A stretch of 64,000 bases of DNA from Ruminococcus sp. CAG:579 (GTDB taxonomy: Archaea; Thermoplasmatota; Thermoplasmata; Methanomassiliicoccales; Methanomethylophilaceae), in the NCBI GenBank assembly GCA_963650175.1, contig CAVJLK010000003.1, positions 8,465-72,464 on the forward strand, given 5' to 3'. The notes under the pieces were generated by a model that saw nothing but the letters and a program-made list of their open reading frames with translations, was not told where the DNA came from and ran no database searches. Both the position numbers and the translations under genes were made by a program. Shown piece by piece: positions 8,317 to 17,306 of the stretch; position 1 is the stretch's first letter; the number at the start of each line of letters is the position of its first letter.

Positions 8317-9333
8317 TCAGAATACCGACCCCCAGAACCCGAACAGGGCGTCCTCGCAGAACATCTGCACCTGTATGCCGACGGCCCCGTAGAGGATCAG
8401 GCACACGGTGAGCAGGAATATCATCGAGGCGAGCTCGATCAGCCTGCAGCACCTCTTGACATCGGCGGTGGTGGGCATGGGCCCCGTGCCCATGACGTAG
8501 ACCCCGCGCTTCTCCATCCTTATGCCCAGCACCGCCGCCGTGGCCGTCATGGACCATCCGCTGTTGGGGCTGGGGGTCTTGGCGTGCTCGGCCTTGGCCG
8601 CCGGGACGGACGCCCTCCAATCCATGCCGAGCAGGAGCCCGGCCAATGCGATGAAATACGGCGATACGCGCGACGTCAGGAATCCCAGGACGTCGTCGAA
8701 CTTCGCCGGGAAGAACCCGATCCTGGCGTACTTCTCGTTGAGATAGCCCCACATCGCATCCATCAGGTTGGCGCAACGGAACATCACCGCCCCGGGCAGC
8801 CCGAATACGCCGAAGTAGAGCATCGGCGAGTAGGCGCTGTCCACCAGGTTCTCGGATATCGTCTCGCAGCACGACGACGCCACGTGCTCCGCGTCCATCC
8901 CCCTGGTGTCGCGGCTCACGATCATCTGCACGCGGGCGTCGGCCTCCTCGAGGTTCCCGGCGTCCAGATCGTCGCAGATGGGGTCGCAGTGCTTCCTGAA
9001 CGAGAATATCGCGAAGGAGATCTTGAACACGAACACCGTCGCGATTATCCAGCAGGCCTCCCCGATTTCCGGGGACATCTCGGACACCCCTATCCGGAAC
9101 AGGGACGTGATGCACAGCCCGATCCCCGAGAACAGGATGAAGACGAGCAGATACGACAGGAACCCTATGACGGTGGCCTTCCGGGACCCGCGGTCTTGGA
9201 CCCTCCCGTCGATGGCGGACAGGATGTTCCCCATCCACCTCAGCGGATGAACGGAGTTCGGCACCTCGCCGACGAACCTGTCGATGAGCAGTGCGAGCAC
9301 GACTATGAGGATCGCGTCGAACCAGGGCTGCAT
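8317..9333 (-). CDS. cbiB: Adenosylcobinamide-phosphate synthase CbiB (CobD/CbiB family membrane protein)
   Basis: MQPWFDAILIVVLALLIDRFVGEVPNSVHPLRWMG is the classic CbiB N-terminus. 338 aa, polytopic. Confidence 0.9.
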   Translation of the reverse strand: MQPWFDAILIVVLALLIDRFVGEVPNSVHPLRWMGNILSAIDGRVQDRGSRKATVIGFLSYLLVFILFSGIGLCITSLFRIGVSEMSPEIGEACWIIATVFVFKISFAIFSFRKHCDPICDDLDAGNLEEADARVQMIVSRDTRGMDAEHVASSCCETISENLVDSAYSPMLYFGVFGLPGAVMFRCANLMDAMWGYLNEKYARIGFFPAKFDDVLGFLTSRVSPYFIALAGLLLGMDWRASVPAAKAEHAKTPSPNSGWSMTATAAVLGIRMEKRGVYVMGTGPMPTTADVKRCCRLIELASMIFLLTVCLILYGAVGIQVQMFCEDALFGFWGSVF

Positions 9334-9337
9334 CGGC

Positions 9338-10453
9338 TCACCCGTTCAGGACGGAATCCACCGCGGCGACGAAACGGCAGTTGCGCTCCTTGTCCTTGAC
9401 GCTGTACCTGACGTACGAGGAGAACTGCGGACCGAAGGACGAGCAGTCCCTCACGGCGATCCCGCGGGCCATCATCCTGGCCTTGAACTCCGGGGCGTCC
9501 ACGCCTATGGATTCCAGCGAATTGAAGTAGAAGAACGAGTCGGAGACATCCCCCGCTGGGAATCCTATCTCCTTGAGGGCGGAGTTCATCGCCTCCGACT
9601 CCACGGCCATGACCCCGGCCGCACGGTCCACGTGGTCGCGGCAGTCCCTCAGCAGCTTGATGGCCACGGACTGCTCCACCTGACCGACGTTCCAGGTCAT
9701 GCGGACCTTGTTCATGGCGTCGGCGAGGTCCGGACTCGCCATCCCGAACCCGATCCTTATGCCGGGTATGGCGAAGGATTTCGTCAGGGACGATGCCACC
9801 ACGAGATTGTTGAAACGGGACACGGTCCCCGACAGCGTGTTGTCCACGAACCCCGGCACCAGCTCGAGGAGGGTCTCGTCGAGGAACACGAGCACGCCCA
9901 TGTCCTCGCACTCCCTCACGATGCGGACCAGCTTGTCCTTGGGCTCGATGCGCCCGGTCGGGTTGTTGGGATTGCATATGTAGACCGCCTTCGCGCCGGC
10001 GGCCTTGCTGAGCAACTCGTCAGCGTCTATGCGGAAGTCGTCCTCCTCGCGGAGCTCCAGGGGATCGATCTGCGCTCCGACGATCCTGCACTGCTGAGTG
10101 TACTCCGCGAAGCTGGGGCACGGGATCACCACCCTGTCGCCCCTCTCGAAGAAGGCGTTGGGAACGCATCTGATTATGTCCGAGGACCCGGCGCCGACCA
10201 CGATGCTCTCCTCGGCGACGTCGAAGGCCTTGGAGATCACATCCTTCAGCTCCGCGCAGGAATCGTCCGGGTAATGACCCACGCCCTCGAGGGCGGAGAG
10301 GACCGTTTCCGCCAGGCATTCCGGCGGTCCGAAGGGGTTGAGATTGTGACTGTAGTCCTCTATCCCCTCGGTCCTCCAGGCCTGTCCGCCGTGGACCGTC
10401 TTGGGGAGACCCAGGAGCTCCTTCCTGGGGGTGATGCGTCCCTTCATGTGCAT
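9338..10453 (-). CDS. cobD: Class I/II aminotransferase-fold enzyme, most likely L-threonine-O-3-phosphate decarboxylase
   Basis: NPNNPTG and SLTKSFAIPGIRIG (PLP lysine) motifs. It lies 4 nt upstream of cbiB. It cannot be separated from HisC by eye. Confidence 0.75.
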   Translation of the reverse strand: MHMKGRITPRKELLGLPKTVHGGQAWRTEGIEDYSHNLNPFGPPECLAETVLSALEGVGHYPDDSCAELKDVISKAFDVAEESIVVGAGSSDIIRCVPNAFFERGDRVVIPCPSFAEYTQQCRIVGAQIDPLELREEDDFRIDADELLSKAAGAKAVYICNPNNPTGRIEPKDKLVRIVRECEDMGVLVFLDETLLELVPGFVDNTLSGTVSRFNNLVVASSLTKSFAIPGIRIGFGMASPDLADAMNKVRMTWNVGQVEQSVAIKLLRDCRDHVDRAAGVMAVESEAMNSALKEIGFPAGDVSDSFFYFNSLESIGVDAPEFKARMMARGIAVRDCSSFGPQFSSYVRYSVKDKERNCRFVAAVDSVLNG

Positions 10454-10523
10454 GGAAATGTGGTATCCGCCTTAAAGGATATGCAGAGGCCGGACGACAG
10501 TGCCACCGTCGGAAAAATCGAAG

Positions 10524-10597
10524 CGGGCCCGCCGGGATTCGAACCCGGGTCTGAGGCTCCGGAGGCCCCCATGCTATCCAAGCTATACTACGAGCCC
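10524..10597 (-). tRNA. tRNA-Arg (anticodon CCG)
   Basis: Hand-folded cloverleaf: acceptor GGGCUCG/CGGGCCC, anticodon stem GGGGC/GCCUC with loop CUCCGGA, and T arm CCGGG-UUCGAAU-CCCGG. Confidence 0.9.
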
Positions 10598-10708
10598 AAT
10601 GAGCTTTGAGGTTTGAGAGAACTTGGTGCCGGGGAGGGTATCTCCCCGGCGGATCCTGTGCCTCCGATTGAGAGGGTGGAGGCGGAAGAAGATGTTCTCG
10701 TTCCGGGT

Positions 10709-10897
10709 TCACTGCTTGTTGGTGAACTCGGTGTATCCGCAGTGGCCGCAGGCGACGCGGTCGCCGTGGGTGGCCATGAAGACGCCGGGTCCGCACTTGG
10801 GGCAGACGGGCTTGGTCCTGACGAGCTTGTCGCCCTCGACCTTGTACGCGTCCTTCTTCGAAACGACCTTGGGTGCCGCTGCTTTCTTGGCTGCCAT
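10709..10897 (-). CDS. rps27ae: 30S ribosomal protein S27ae (eS31)
   Basis: MAAKKAAAPK...CPKCGPGVFMATHGDRVACGHCGYTEF zinc ribbon. This is the C-terminal 62 aa of track ORF 10709..11137. Confidence 0.9.
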   Translation of the reverse strand: MAAKKAAAPKVVSKKDAYKVEGDKLVRTKPVCPKCGPGVFMATHGDRVACGHCGYTEFTNKQ

Positions 10898-10902
10898 CCG
10901 AA

Positions 10903-11220
10903 TCACTCCTCCGCGGGGGCCTCGGCTTCCGCCTTGGGGGCCTCGATCCCGTTCCTCTTCAGGAGGTACTCCCTCTCCAGCTTGAGCGCCGCGTCCTTGG
11001 ACTCGTAGACCTTGGCGTAGCCCTTGGACTTCCCGGTGCCGTAGACGGACTCGATGGTCGTGACGACGACGCAGTCCCTCTTGGCCTTCATCTGCTTCGC
11101 GACCTCCTCGGCCACGGCGTTCCTTCCGGGGGTGCACTCGCCGACGTGGTCGAGGGTGAAGTAGACCTCGGTCCTCTTGTAGAGAGGGTTCGCTTTCTTC
11201 TCTGTGATTTCCATCTTCAT
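10903..11220 (-). CDS. rps24e: 30S ribosomal protein S24e (eS24)
   Basis: MKMEITEKKANPLYKRTEVYFTLDH...YGTGKSKGYAKVYES. Confidence 0.9.
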   Translation of the reverse strand: MKMEITEKKANPLYKRTEVYFTLDHVGECTPGRNAVAEEVAKQMKAKRDCVVVTTIESVYGTGKSKGYAKVYESKDAALKLEREYLLKRNGIEAPKAEAEAPAEE

Positions 11221-11720
11221 TCCAATTCCTCCATCATGGACAGGAGCTCCTTCGCCCTGCCCCTGGTGAGATCATCGATCTCGATGACCATCATGCATCT
11301 TCCAGGCATCCCGTACACGACGCGGTGGCCGTCGGGCGCGAGGACCATGCACGGCAGAACCGCCAGATCCTCCTCCCCTTCGACCCTCACGAGACCGGTC
11401 TTCCCTTCGATGCCCCTGCGGACCGCCTCCGCCATTTCGGCGGTGATCGTTCCGGCCGGGTTGACGACGTCCTCCTTCGGCTCGTCCTCGACGAGCCTGG
11501 CGAATTCCGTCATCTCGCGGCGCTCGGTGAAGCCGTCGTACACCGACAGCCCCGGCCTGACGCCGTGCTCCCTGAACGAGAGGGACACGACATCCCCCAC
11601 GGTCAGATAAACCGTTTCATCCTCAATGGAGTCGAGCTCCGAATCCGGCATCTCCCTCCCCGGGGGCTCCTTGAAGGCCCCCCTCAGGGATTCGGGCAGA
11701 GTCAGATCCCTCTCGAACAT
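11217..11720 (-). CDS. DUF359/COG1909 protein (GTP-dependent dephospho-CoA kinase family)
   Basis: VGDVV, NPAGTIT and VEGEEDLAVLPC motifs, starting at MFERDL. It sits in the conserved archaeal position between spt4 and rps24e. Confidence 0.75.
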   Translation of the reverse strand: MFERDLTLPESLRGAFKEPPGREMPDSELDSIEDETVYLTVGDVVSLSFREHGVRPGLSVYDGFTERREMTEFARLVEDEPKEDVVNPAGTITAEMAEAVRRGIEGKTGLVRVEGEEDLAVLPCMVLAPDGHRVVYGMPGRCMMVIEIDDLTRGRAKELLSMMEELE

Positions 11721-11725
11721 CCGTC

Positions 11726-11917
11726 TCAGCGTACCTTCAGGGCGTACCTTCCGTTGGAGGTGATGCCCATCTTCTTGGCGATCTCGGACTTCTCGAAGTC
11801 GGTGACGACGAGGAAGCCCTGCCACTCCTTGGACATCTGTCCTCCGCAGCGGGGGCAGGTGTCGGCCTCGTCGACGAAGCTGCACTGCTTGCAGGCTCTG
11901 AGGACGGGTCCAGCCAT
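11726..11917 (-). CDS. spt4: Transcription elongation factor Spt4 (RpoE'')
   Basis: 63 aa with zinc ribbon CKQC...CPRCG, followed by W.G...V. Confidence 0.85.
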   Translation of the reverse strand: MAGPVLRACKQCSFVDEADTCPRCGGQMSKEWQGFLVVTDFEKSEIAKKMGITSNGRYALKVR

Positions 11918-12501
11918 CAGGCCTCACTCTCCGCCTTCGCCTTGTTCTTGATCTTGTTGCGGTCCTCGGCGATCCACTCGAGCTTCCCGAGGCCGGGCTG
12001 GCGCATGGTCAGTCCGATCTTGCTGTCCTGCGGGTTCTTCTCGTTGAGGTCGATGCTGACGACCCTGGCCTTGACGATGTCGCCGACGGCCAGGAACCTG
12101 CCGGTCTCCTTTCCGACGAGCCTCTGGTTCGCCTCGTCGATGTCGACGCGGTCGTCCATCACCTGGCTCACGTGGAGCAGGCCGTCGAGCGGACCGAACC
12201 TGACGAAGGCGCCGAATTTGAGGATCTCGACGACGACACCCTCGACGACCTCGTTGTCCCTCGGCTTGAAGACCACCTGCTCGAATTTCACGGTCTGGTA
12301 GACCGCGCCGTCCCCGTGGACGATGCGTCCCGGGCCCTCGGCCCTGACGTTCTTGATGAGCACGGTGAAGGTCTTGTCGCCCTCGGCGAGACGGCCCTCG
12401 TAGGTCTCCCAGGTGAGGCTGCTGACAACCTTCTCCGGATCGTCGCCCAGCTCGCAGGGAGGGATGCGGATGACCTTCTCTACCTCGTTTATCATGTACA
12501 T
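11917..12501 (-). CDS. rpoE: DNA-directed RNA polymerase subunit E' (Rpo7), with an S1 domain
   Basis: 194 aa. VEGVVVEILKFGAFVRFGPLDGLLHVSQ is the S1 motif. Confidence 0.9.
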   Translation of the reverse strand: MYMINEVEKVIRIPPCELGDDPEKVVSSLTWETYEGRLAEGDKTFTVLIKNVRAEGPGRIVHGDGAVYQTVKFEQVVFKPRDNEVVEGVVVEILKFGAFVRFGPLDGLLHVSQVMDDRVDIDEANQRLVGKETGRFLAVGDIVKARVVSIDLNEKNPQDSKIGLTMRQPGLGKLEWIAEDRNKIKNKAKAESEA

Positions 12502-12539
12502 GGCAGGTCCTCTCGAATGAGGCCGACTAACACGGACTC

Positions 12540-13043
12540 CTATTTAACCCTAAGGCCCCTATTATTACGCGTGCGATGGCCTCGGAAGGGCCCGACGTGC
12601 GATCCGCTCTGTTCGGCGACGTCCTGGATCGGTTCGTCCCTCACCGTGCGCCCGCAGATGACCGACGCGACGTGCGGCGTGCCGTCGGAATCGAGGTACC
12701 CGGCGCCGAACGTGACGACGGGGTTCAGGACCTCGACGCCCGTGACGACGGATGCGTTGCGGGCGCCCATGTCGCAGCACAGTGCCAGCACCAGGTCGCA
12801 GTCCCCTTTGGACTCGGCCATCCTAGAAGCCTTGGACATGAAGCAGCATGCGGACGAGGACACCGTCCCGACGACTTCGACGCCGTCTCCGGACAACCTC
12901 TCAGCCAAGGCGTCGGCCGCATCCTTCCCGCCCAGACCGCCGCATAGCCTGGCACATGTGTTGCAGGTCCATATGAGAACCCTGCGCCCCCTCAGGTCCG
13001 GGAGGAGTTCGTCGTATCCGCGGTCGCGGGCCATTATGATCAT
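12540..13043 (-). CDS. Cysteine-rich hypothetical protein
   Basis: 167-aa ORF with CNTCARLC, ACC and LCCDMG clusters. It is the only ORF I call that ends in TAG. No family recognised. Confidence 0.45.
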   Translation of the reverse strand: MIIMARDRGYDELLPDLRGRRVLIWTCNTCARLCGGLGGKDAADALAERLSGDGVEVVGTVSSSACCFMSKASRMAESKGDCDLVLALCCDMGARNASVVTGVEVLNPVVTFGAGYLDSDGTPHVASVICGRTVRDEPIQDVAEQSGSHVGPFRGHRTRNNRGLRVK

Positions 13044-13129
13044 GACCTCCGGGATGGCGAGGGCCTCTTATAAGTGCGACAGCGGGCGACGGGGACAATT
13101 CATATACGAGGGGCATCTAGACGGGCCAA

Positions 13130-14104
13130 GTGAGCAATATGTCAGAGAAGCTCGAACTTATTCCCGTCGAGGATATCAAAGTCACCAAAGGAATGACCGT
13201 CGACGCCATGCTTCGCGCCATGGGCCGTGCGGGAGGCTTCACCGCCCAGAAGCTGGCCGACGCCACCGACATCGCCGAGGCCATGGTCACCAAGAAGGGC
13301 TGCCTCAGGATCCTGTCGTTCCCGGCCTGCATCATGGCCACCGGGACCCGCGGGGTCATCGTCGACATGGTCAGGAACCACATGGTCGACCTGATCATCA
13401 CCACCTGCGGAACCCTGGACCACGACCTGTCCAGGAACTTCGCGGCGTATTACAAGGGCGACTTCATGATGGACGACGCCATGCTGAGGGACGAGTACGA
13501 GATCAGCAGGCTCGGGAACGTCCTGGTCCCCGACTCGTGCTACGGTATCGTCCTCGAGGACGAGCTCCTCCCCATGTTCGACGAGATCTTCGAGGGCAAG
13601 GACTCCATGACCACCCACGAGATCATCGACCAGGTCGGCGCCCGCCTGGACAACGAGGACTCCCTCCTGTACCAGTGCCACAAGAACAACGTCCCCATCG
13701 TGGTCCCCGGGATCACCGACGGGTCCTTCGGCTGCCAGCTCTGGATGTACTACCAGACCCACAGGAAGCTCAGGATCGACCTCTTCGGCGACGAGCAGAT
13801 GCTCTCCGAGATGACCAACGACGCGGACACCACCGGCGCCATCATCATCGGCGGAGGGATCTCGAAGCACCACGTCATCTGGTGGAACCAGTTCAGGGGC
13901 GGTCTCGACTACTGCATCTACCTGACCACAGCCGAGGAGTACGACGGATCCCTGTCCGGGGCCCGCATCAGGGAGGCCGTCTCCTGGGGCAAGGTCAAGG
14001 AGGACGCCAAGAAGATGACCGTCGAGGGCGACGCCACCATCTCCCTGCCCCTGATCTACGCCGGCCTGGCGGAGAGGCTGCTCCGATCATGCCGAAGCTC
14101 CTGA
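13130..14104 (+). CDS. dys: Deoxyhypusine synthase
   Basis: 324 aa with ITTCGTLDHDL and IIGGGISKHH motifs. The ATG at 13139 may be the true start. Confidence 0.9.
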   Translation: MSNMSEKLELIPVEDIKVTKGMTVDAMLRAMGRAGGFTAQKLADATDIAEAMVTKKGCLRILSFPACIMATGTRGVIVDMVRNHMVDLIITTCGTLDHDLSRNFAAYYKGDFMMDDAMLRDEYEISRLGNVLVPDSCYGIVLEDELLPMFDEIFEGKDSMTTHEIIDQVGARLDNEDSLLYQCHKNNVPIVVPGITDGSFGCQLWMYYQTHRKLRIDLFGDEQMLSEMTNDADTTGAIIIGGGISKHHVIWWNQFRGGLDYCIYLTTAEEYDGSLSGARIREAVSWGKVKEDAKKMTVEGDATISLPLIYAGLAERLLRSCRSS

Positions 14105-15036
14105 TCCTCCCCGGGGACGGTCCCGGATCCGAAGCGGTGGAGGCGACCGGCAGGGCCGTCTCCAACGCGACCGATTCCGTAGAGGTTGTCACCGGAGACA
14201 TCGGGTTCCCCGCCTACGAGAGATACGGGGAGTACCTCCCGTCGGAGACCCTGGACCTCATCAACGAGTGCCAGGCCGTCGTCTGCGGTCCCACCGAACC
14301 GTCGGAGGACATGCCCGACCCGCGCTCCATGCTCATGGGCCGCCTGGACCTGTTCGGCAGGTCCAGGAGGTTCAGGACCCTGGCCGACGGGCTGGGCGTC
14401 CCGGGCGCCGACATCACCGTCTGGGGGAGCCGCGCAGGTCCCTCCGGGGACGTGGCGGAGACCCCCGACGTGGACGGCGTGACCATCTCGAAGTACATCC
14501 GCTCCGCGTTCTACTCCAGGATGATGGGGGCCGCCCTGTCTGACATGGAGGTGTCCGGCATGACACGCGCGGTATGCGTGGCGCAGACCTCGCTGTTCCC
14601 GGATTCCAGCAGATTGTTCTACGATTCCTTCGACGCGCTGTTCGGTTCCGGCGAGGACTCCCACATGGAGATCGGAGATTGGCTCGCCGACGTGTTCGCG
14701 CACCCTCTCGACTACCAGTTCGTCGTTGCCGCCGATCTGTACATATCGTCGGCCGACGGGGCCGCCGCCGGTCTCGCCGGGGGATCCCGCCTCGTGCCCT
14801 CCAGGTACGTGGGGGAGGACATCGAGTTCATAGTCCCGGGATGCCCCGAGGGCTCCCGCACCGCCGACCCCGTGTCCTGCATGATGTGCGCGTCCCAGGC
14901 GCTCTCCGACCTCGGACTGAGGGGCGAGTCGGACCGCATCCTGGAAGCGGTTTCGAGGTCCTTGACGGAGATCGGTTCCCTCCCGGCCCCCGACGGTTCG
15001 GTGGACTTCCTGACCCGCGTCCTGTCGAAAATCTGA
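14089..15036 (+). CDS. Isocitrate/isopropylmalate dehydrogenase-fold protein with degenerate catalytic motifs
   Basis: The last 315 aa of track ORF 12172..15036, starting MPKLLILPGDGPGSEAVE. The overall Iso_dh order is visible (GDG.G.E, LDLF...RRF, AADLYISSADGAAAGLAGG). The RENTEG- and HGSAP-type motifs are replaced by GSRAGPSGD and PGCPEG. Confidence 0.55.
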   Translation: MPKLLILPGDGPGSEAVEATGRAVSNATDSVEVVTGDIGFPAYERYGEYLPSETLDLINECQAVVCGPTEPSEDMPDPRSMLMGRLDLFGRSRRFRTLADGLGVPGADITVWGSRAGPSGDVAETPDVDGVTISKYIRSAFYSRMMGAALSDMEVSGMTRAVCVAQTSLFPDSSRLFYDSFDALFGSGEDSHMEIGDWLADVFAHPLDYQFVVAADLYISSADGAAAGLAGGSRLVPSRYVGEDIEFIVPGCPEGSRTADPVSCMMCASQALSDLGLRGESDRILEAVSRSLTEIGSLPAPDGSVDFLTRVLSKI

Positions 15037-15046
15037 CGGGGACATT

Positions 15047-16126
15047 TTGTACCTGCACCGTCGTGCACATCGCATGAAGGAAGCCGGACACAGGGAGGCC
15101 GTGGAGGCGGCCCTGTCATTCGAACGGTACGAGAGGACGCCGGTCAACAACTTCGCCGTCGTCACCGCCGCCCGCTACGCCGGGAGGACCGTGGACGAGG
15201 CCCGCTGGAACCCCCGCATCTCCGCGGAGGTCGCGGTGGACTACGCCATCAAGACGGAATCGGATTTCGTCAAACCCGTGCTCGATTCCCAGATCCCCCT
15301 CCAGGACATGGGGATGAATGTCAGGTTCCCGGAGGACGACTACGGCAGCGTCCCCGGACACATCGTGGAGACGGCCGAGGACGTGGACAAGCTGCACATC
15401 TTCGACCCGGACAACGCATCCGAATGCCCCGGATTCACGAAGATCCGCGAAGCCCTCTCGGAGACGGCGTCGATCCTGCCTGAGGATCTGCACATCTGCG
15501 GTCTATCCTGGGGTCCGATCACCACCGCCGGATACCTGATGGGGGCGGAGAACATGATGTTCGCCACCATGGTGGATCCGGACCTCGTGAAGGTTCTGGT
15601 GGCCAAATCCGCCGAACTGGTGTCCGCCATGGAGACTTCCATGATCGAGAGCGGGGCCACCGTCATGTGGATGGCCGATCCGACCTCGTCCGAGGACCTG
15701 ATCTCCCCGGACATGTTCGACGACTACTCCAAGGCCGGGATCAAGAAGGTCATAGACGATGTGAGGGCGATGAGCGACGTCCCGACGTTCGTGCACATAT
15801 GCGGGAACACCGTCGACACCATCCCGCACCTGTTCGAGACCGGGGCGGACTGCCTGAGCTTCGACCACGCCGTCGATCCCGCGAAGGCGAGGGGCGCCGC
15901 AGGGAAGAAGCTGGCGCTCATGGGCAACGTCGATCCGGTGAGGGTCATCATGTCGGGGACCCCCGACGAGGTCAGGACCCACTCCTACAGCATCATAGAC
16001 GGGGCCGGCCAGGAAGGCGGGCTGATCCTCGCCCCCGGATGCGAGACGCCCATCTCCAGCCCGTTCGAGAACGTGCTGGCCATGGGGGAGGCTGGCAGAA
16101 CCTACTGGCAAACAAAATCATTATAA
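15047..16126 (+). CDS. URO-D-family methylcobamide:CoM methyltransferase (MtaA/MtbA type)
   Basis: The zinc-site motifs FVHICGNT and APGCE, and a length of ~350 aa, fit MtaA/MtbA. The likely start is the ATG at 15074 (MKEAGH). Confidence 0.8.
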   Translation: MYLHRRAHRMKEAGHREAVEAALSFERYERTPVNNFAVVTAARYAGRTVDEARWNPRISAEVAVDYAIKTESDFVKPVLDSQIPLQDMGMNVRFPEDDYGSVPGHIVETAEDVDKLHIFDPDNASECPGFTKIREALSETASILPEDLHICGLSWGPITTAGYLMGAENMMFATMVDPDLVKVLVAKSAELVSAMETSMIESGATVMWMADPTSSEDLISPDMFDDYSKAGIKKVIDDVRAMSDVPTFVHICGNTVDTIPHLFETGADCLSFDHAVDPAKARGAAGKKLALMGNVDPVRVIMSGTPDEVRTHSYSIIDGAGQEGGLILAPGCETPISSPFENVLAMGEAGRTYWQTKSL

Positions 16127-16129
16127 AGA

Positions 16130-16144
16130 GGGGGACCTTCCCCC
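16130..16144 (+). terminator. GC hairpin directly after the mtaA-like stop
   Basis: GGGGG-ACCTT-CCCCC lies 4 nt after the TAA, followed by GATTT. Confidence 0.3.
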
Positions 16145-16152
16145 GATTTACT

Positions 16153-16236
16153 GCAAGGGTAGTCAAGCATGGCCAACGACGCTAGCTTGAGGGGCTAGTC
16201 CTTAGTGGTCCGTGGGTTCAAATCCCATCCCTTGCA
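16153..16236 (+). tRNA. tRNA-Leu (anticodon GAG), with a long variable arm
   Basis: Acceptor GCAAGGG/CCCUUGC, anticodon stem CUAGC/GCUAG with loop UUGAGGG, a long variable arm, and T arm UGGG-UUCAAAU-CCCA. 84 nt. Confidence 0.9.
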
Positions 16237-16365
16237 CTTTAATTATTATCGCCGGCTCTAACGAGCCGGCATCATATCTCCCGTCGTCATCCTCCGTCGA
16301 ACCGCATATCCCATCCTCTTGATCGGCACCATCGACTTCACAATCAGGGCAACGGCGACGGGGTT

Positions 16366-17091
16366 TCATTCCACATCACCGAGATAGTCGATGCCAGGGG
16401 GCAGTCCTAGCTCGTTCTTCTCATAGAGGTCGTTGCAAACTTCTATCGCCTGGATCTCATCGAGACCATAATCCATCAGATCGATGGGGTCGAATTCATC
16501 TCCGACAGCATGCGAAGCGGCATACTGGGCGATGGCCCTGGCCCATCTGTACGTTGTAACCTGTCCGGCAGTATACCACCCATCATCGGTTTCGACCGAC
16601 AACGGCAGGACATAGGGCCAAGGACAGCGATGGCTCTGCCCGACACGAAGAATCCCGTAGAGATTCCTCCAATGCACAAGCTCGATTATGAGCTCGTCCT
16701 TGGACAGGGCTTCGAGCTTCTCCCACTCGCTGACCATTCTTATCTCACCTCCTCTCATCCTCCATGGAAGACAATCCGATCGGGATGCCTTCCCATCCTC
16801 CGTCCCGTAACAGTAGTCGACTGCGGTGTCGTGATCCACGCCGTAGACTTCGAGATCCGCATTGTCCAATTCCAAGCCTGGCCCGAGCTCGGAACCGGCA
16901 TAAGCGGCGATCTTCTCGAGCCATGCGGATGAGGGCTTTTCCCCCTCGTCGTACATGAAATCGGATGCACCGATCTCGGAGATCTCATCGAGAACTATGC
17001 GCATGTTGCGCATCGCGCGACGAGCCTTGACAAGTTCGATTATGAGCTCGTCCTTGGACAGGGCTTCGAGCTTCTCCCACTCGCTCACCAT
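16366..17091 (-). CDS. Hypothetical protein made of two tandem paralogous halves
   Basis: MVSEWEKLEALSKDELIIELV occurs at aa 1 and again at aa 119. An SD-like GGAGGTGA is retained upstream of the internal Met. Confidence 0.6.
   Translation of the reverse strand: MVSEWEKLEALSKDELIIELVKARRAMRNMRIVLDEISEIGASDFMYDEGEKPSSAWLEKIAAYAGSELGPGLELDNADLEVYGVDHDTAVDYCYGTEDGKASRSDCLPWRMRGGEIRMVSEWEKLEALSKDELIIELVHWRNLYGILRVGQSHRCPWPYVLPLSVETDDGWYTAGQVTTYRWARAIAQYAASHAVGDEFDPIDLMDYGLDEIQAIEVCNDLYEKNELGLPPGIDYLGDVE
16677..16737. repeat. 61-nt direct repeat, copy B. Copy A is at 17031..17091.
   Basis: caag[c/t]tcgattatgagctcgtccttggacagggcttcgagcttctcccactcgct[g/c]accat. There are 2 mismatches between copies, spaced 354 nt apart. 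Confidence 0.85.
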
Positions 17092-17306
17092 CTTTTCTCA
17101 CCTTCCTTCACGTTCCGATCGACGGAATCGCGAAGCGATAATAGGCGATTCTCAAGGATTGTCGGAACGGGCAGTCGAAAACACCGTCTTCGCATTCGAG
17201 ATCTTCGAAATCGGGGGACGGATAGTTCGTCCGATGGCCGTGTCCTGCGCAACATCATGTATCGACGAATGCGCATTAGTGCAAAAAAAGGCATCAATCT
17301 CCGATT

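Noticed and set aside
12502-12542. Possible TAG read-through (pyrrolysine) extending the Cys-rich ORF 12540..13043
   Set aside because: Reading through the TAG adds only 15 codons before a TGA, is not in frame with rpoE, and shows no recognisable sequence. Nothing supports a functional read-through.
12172-14088. First two thirds of the 954-aa plus-strand ORF 12172..15036
   Set aside because: It runs antisense to rpoE and the Cys-rich ORF, then off-frame through dys. Its composition is Arg/Pro/Gly/His-rich shadow sequence. Only the last 315 aa (from ATG 14089) resemble a real protein.
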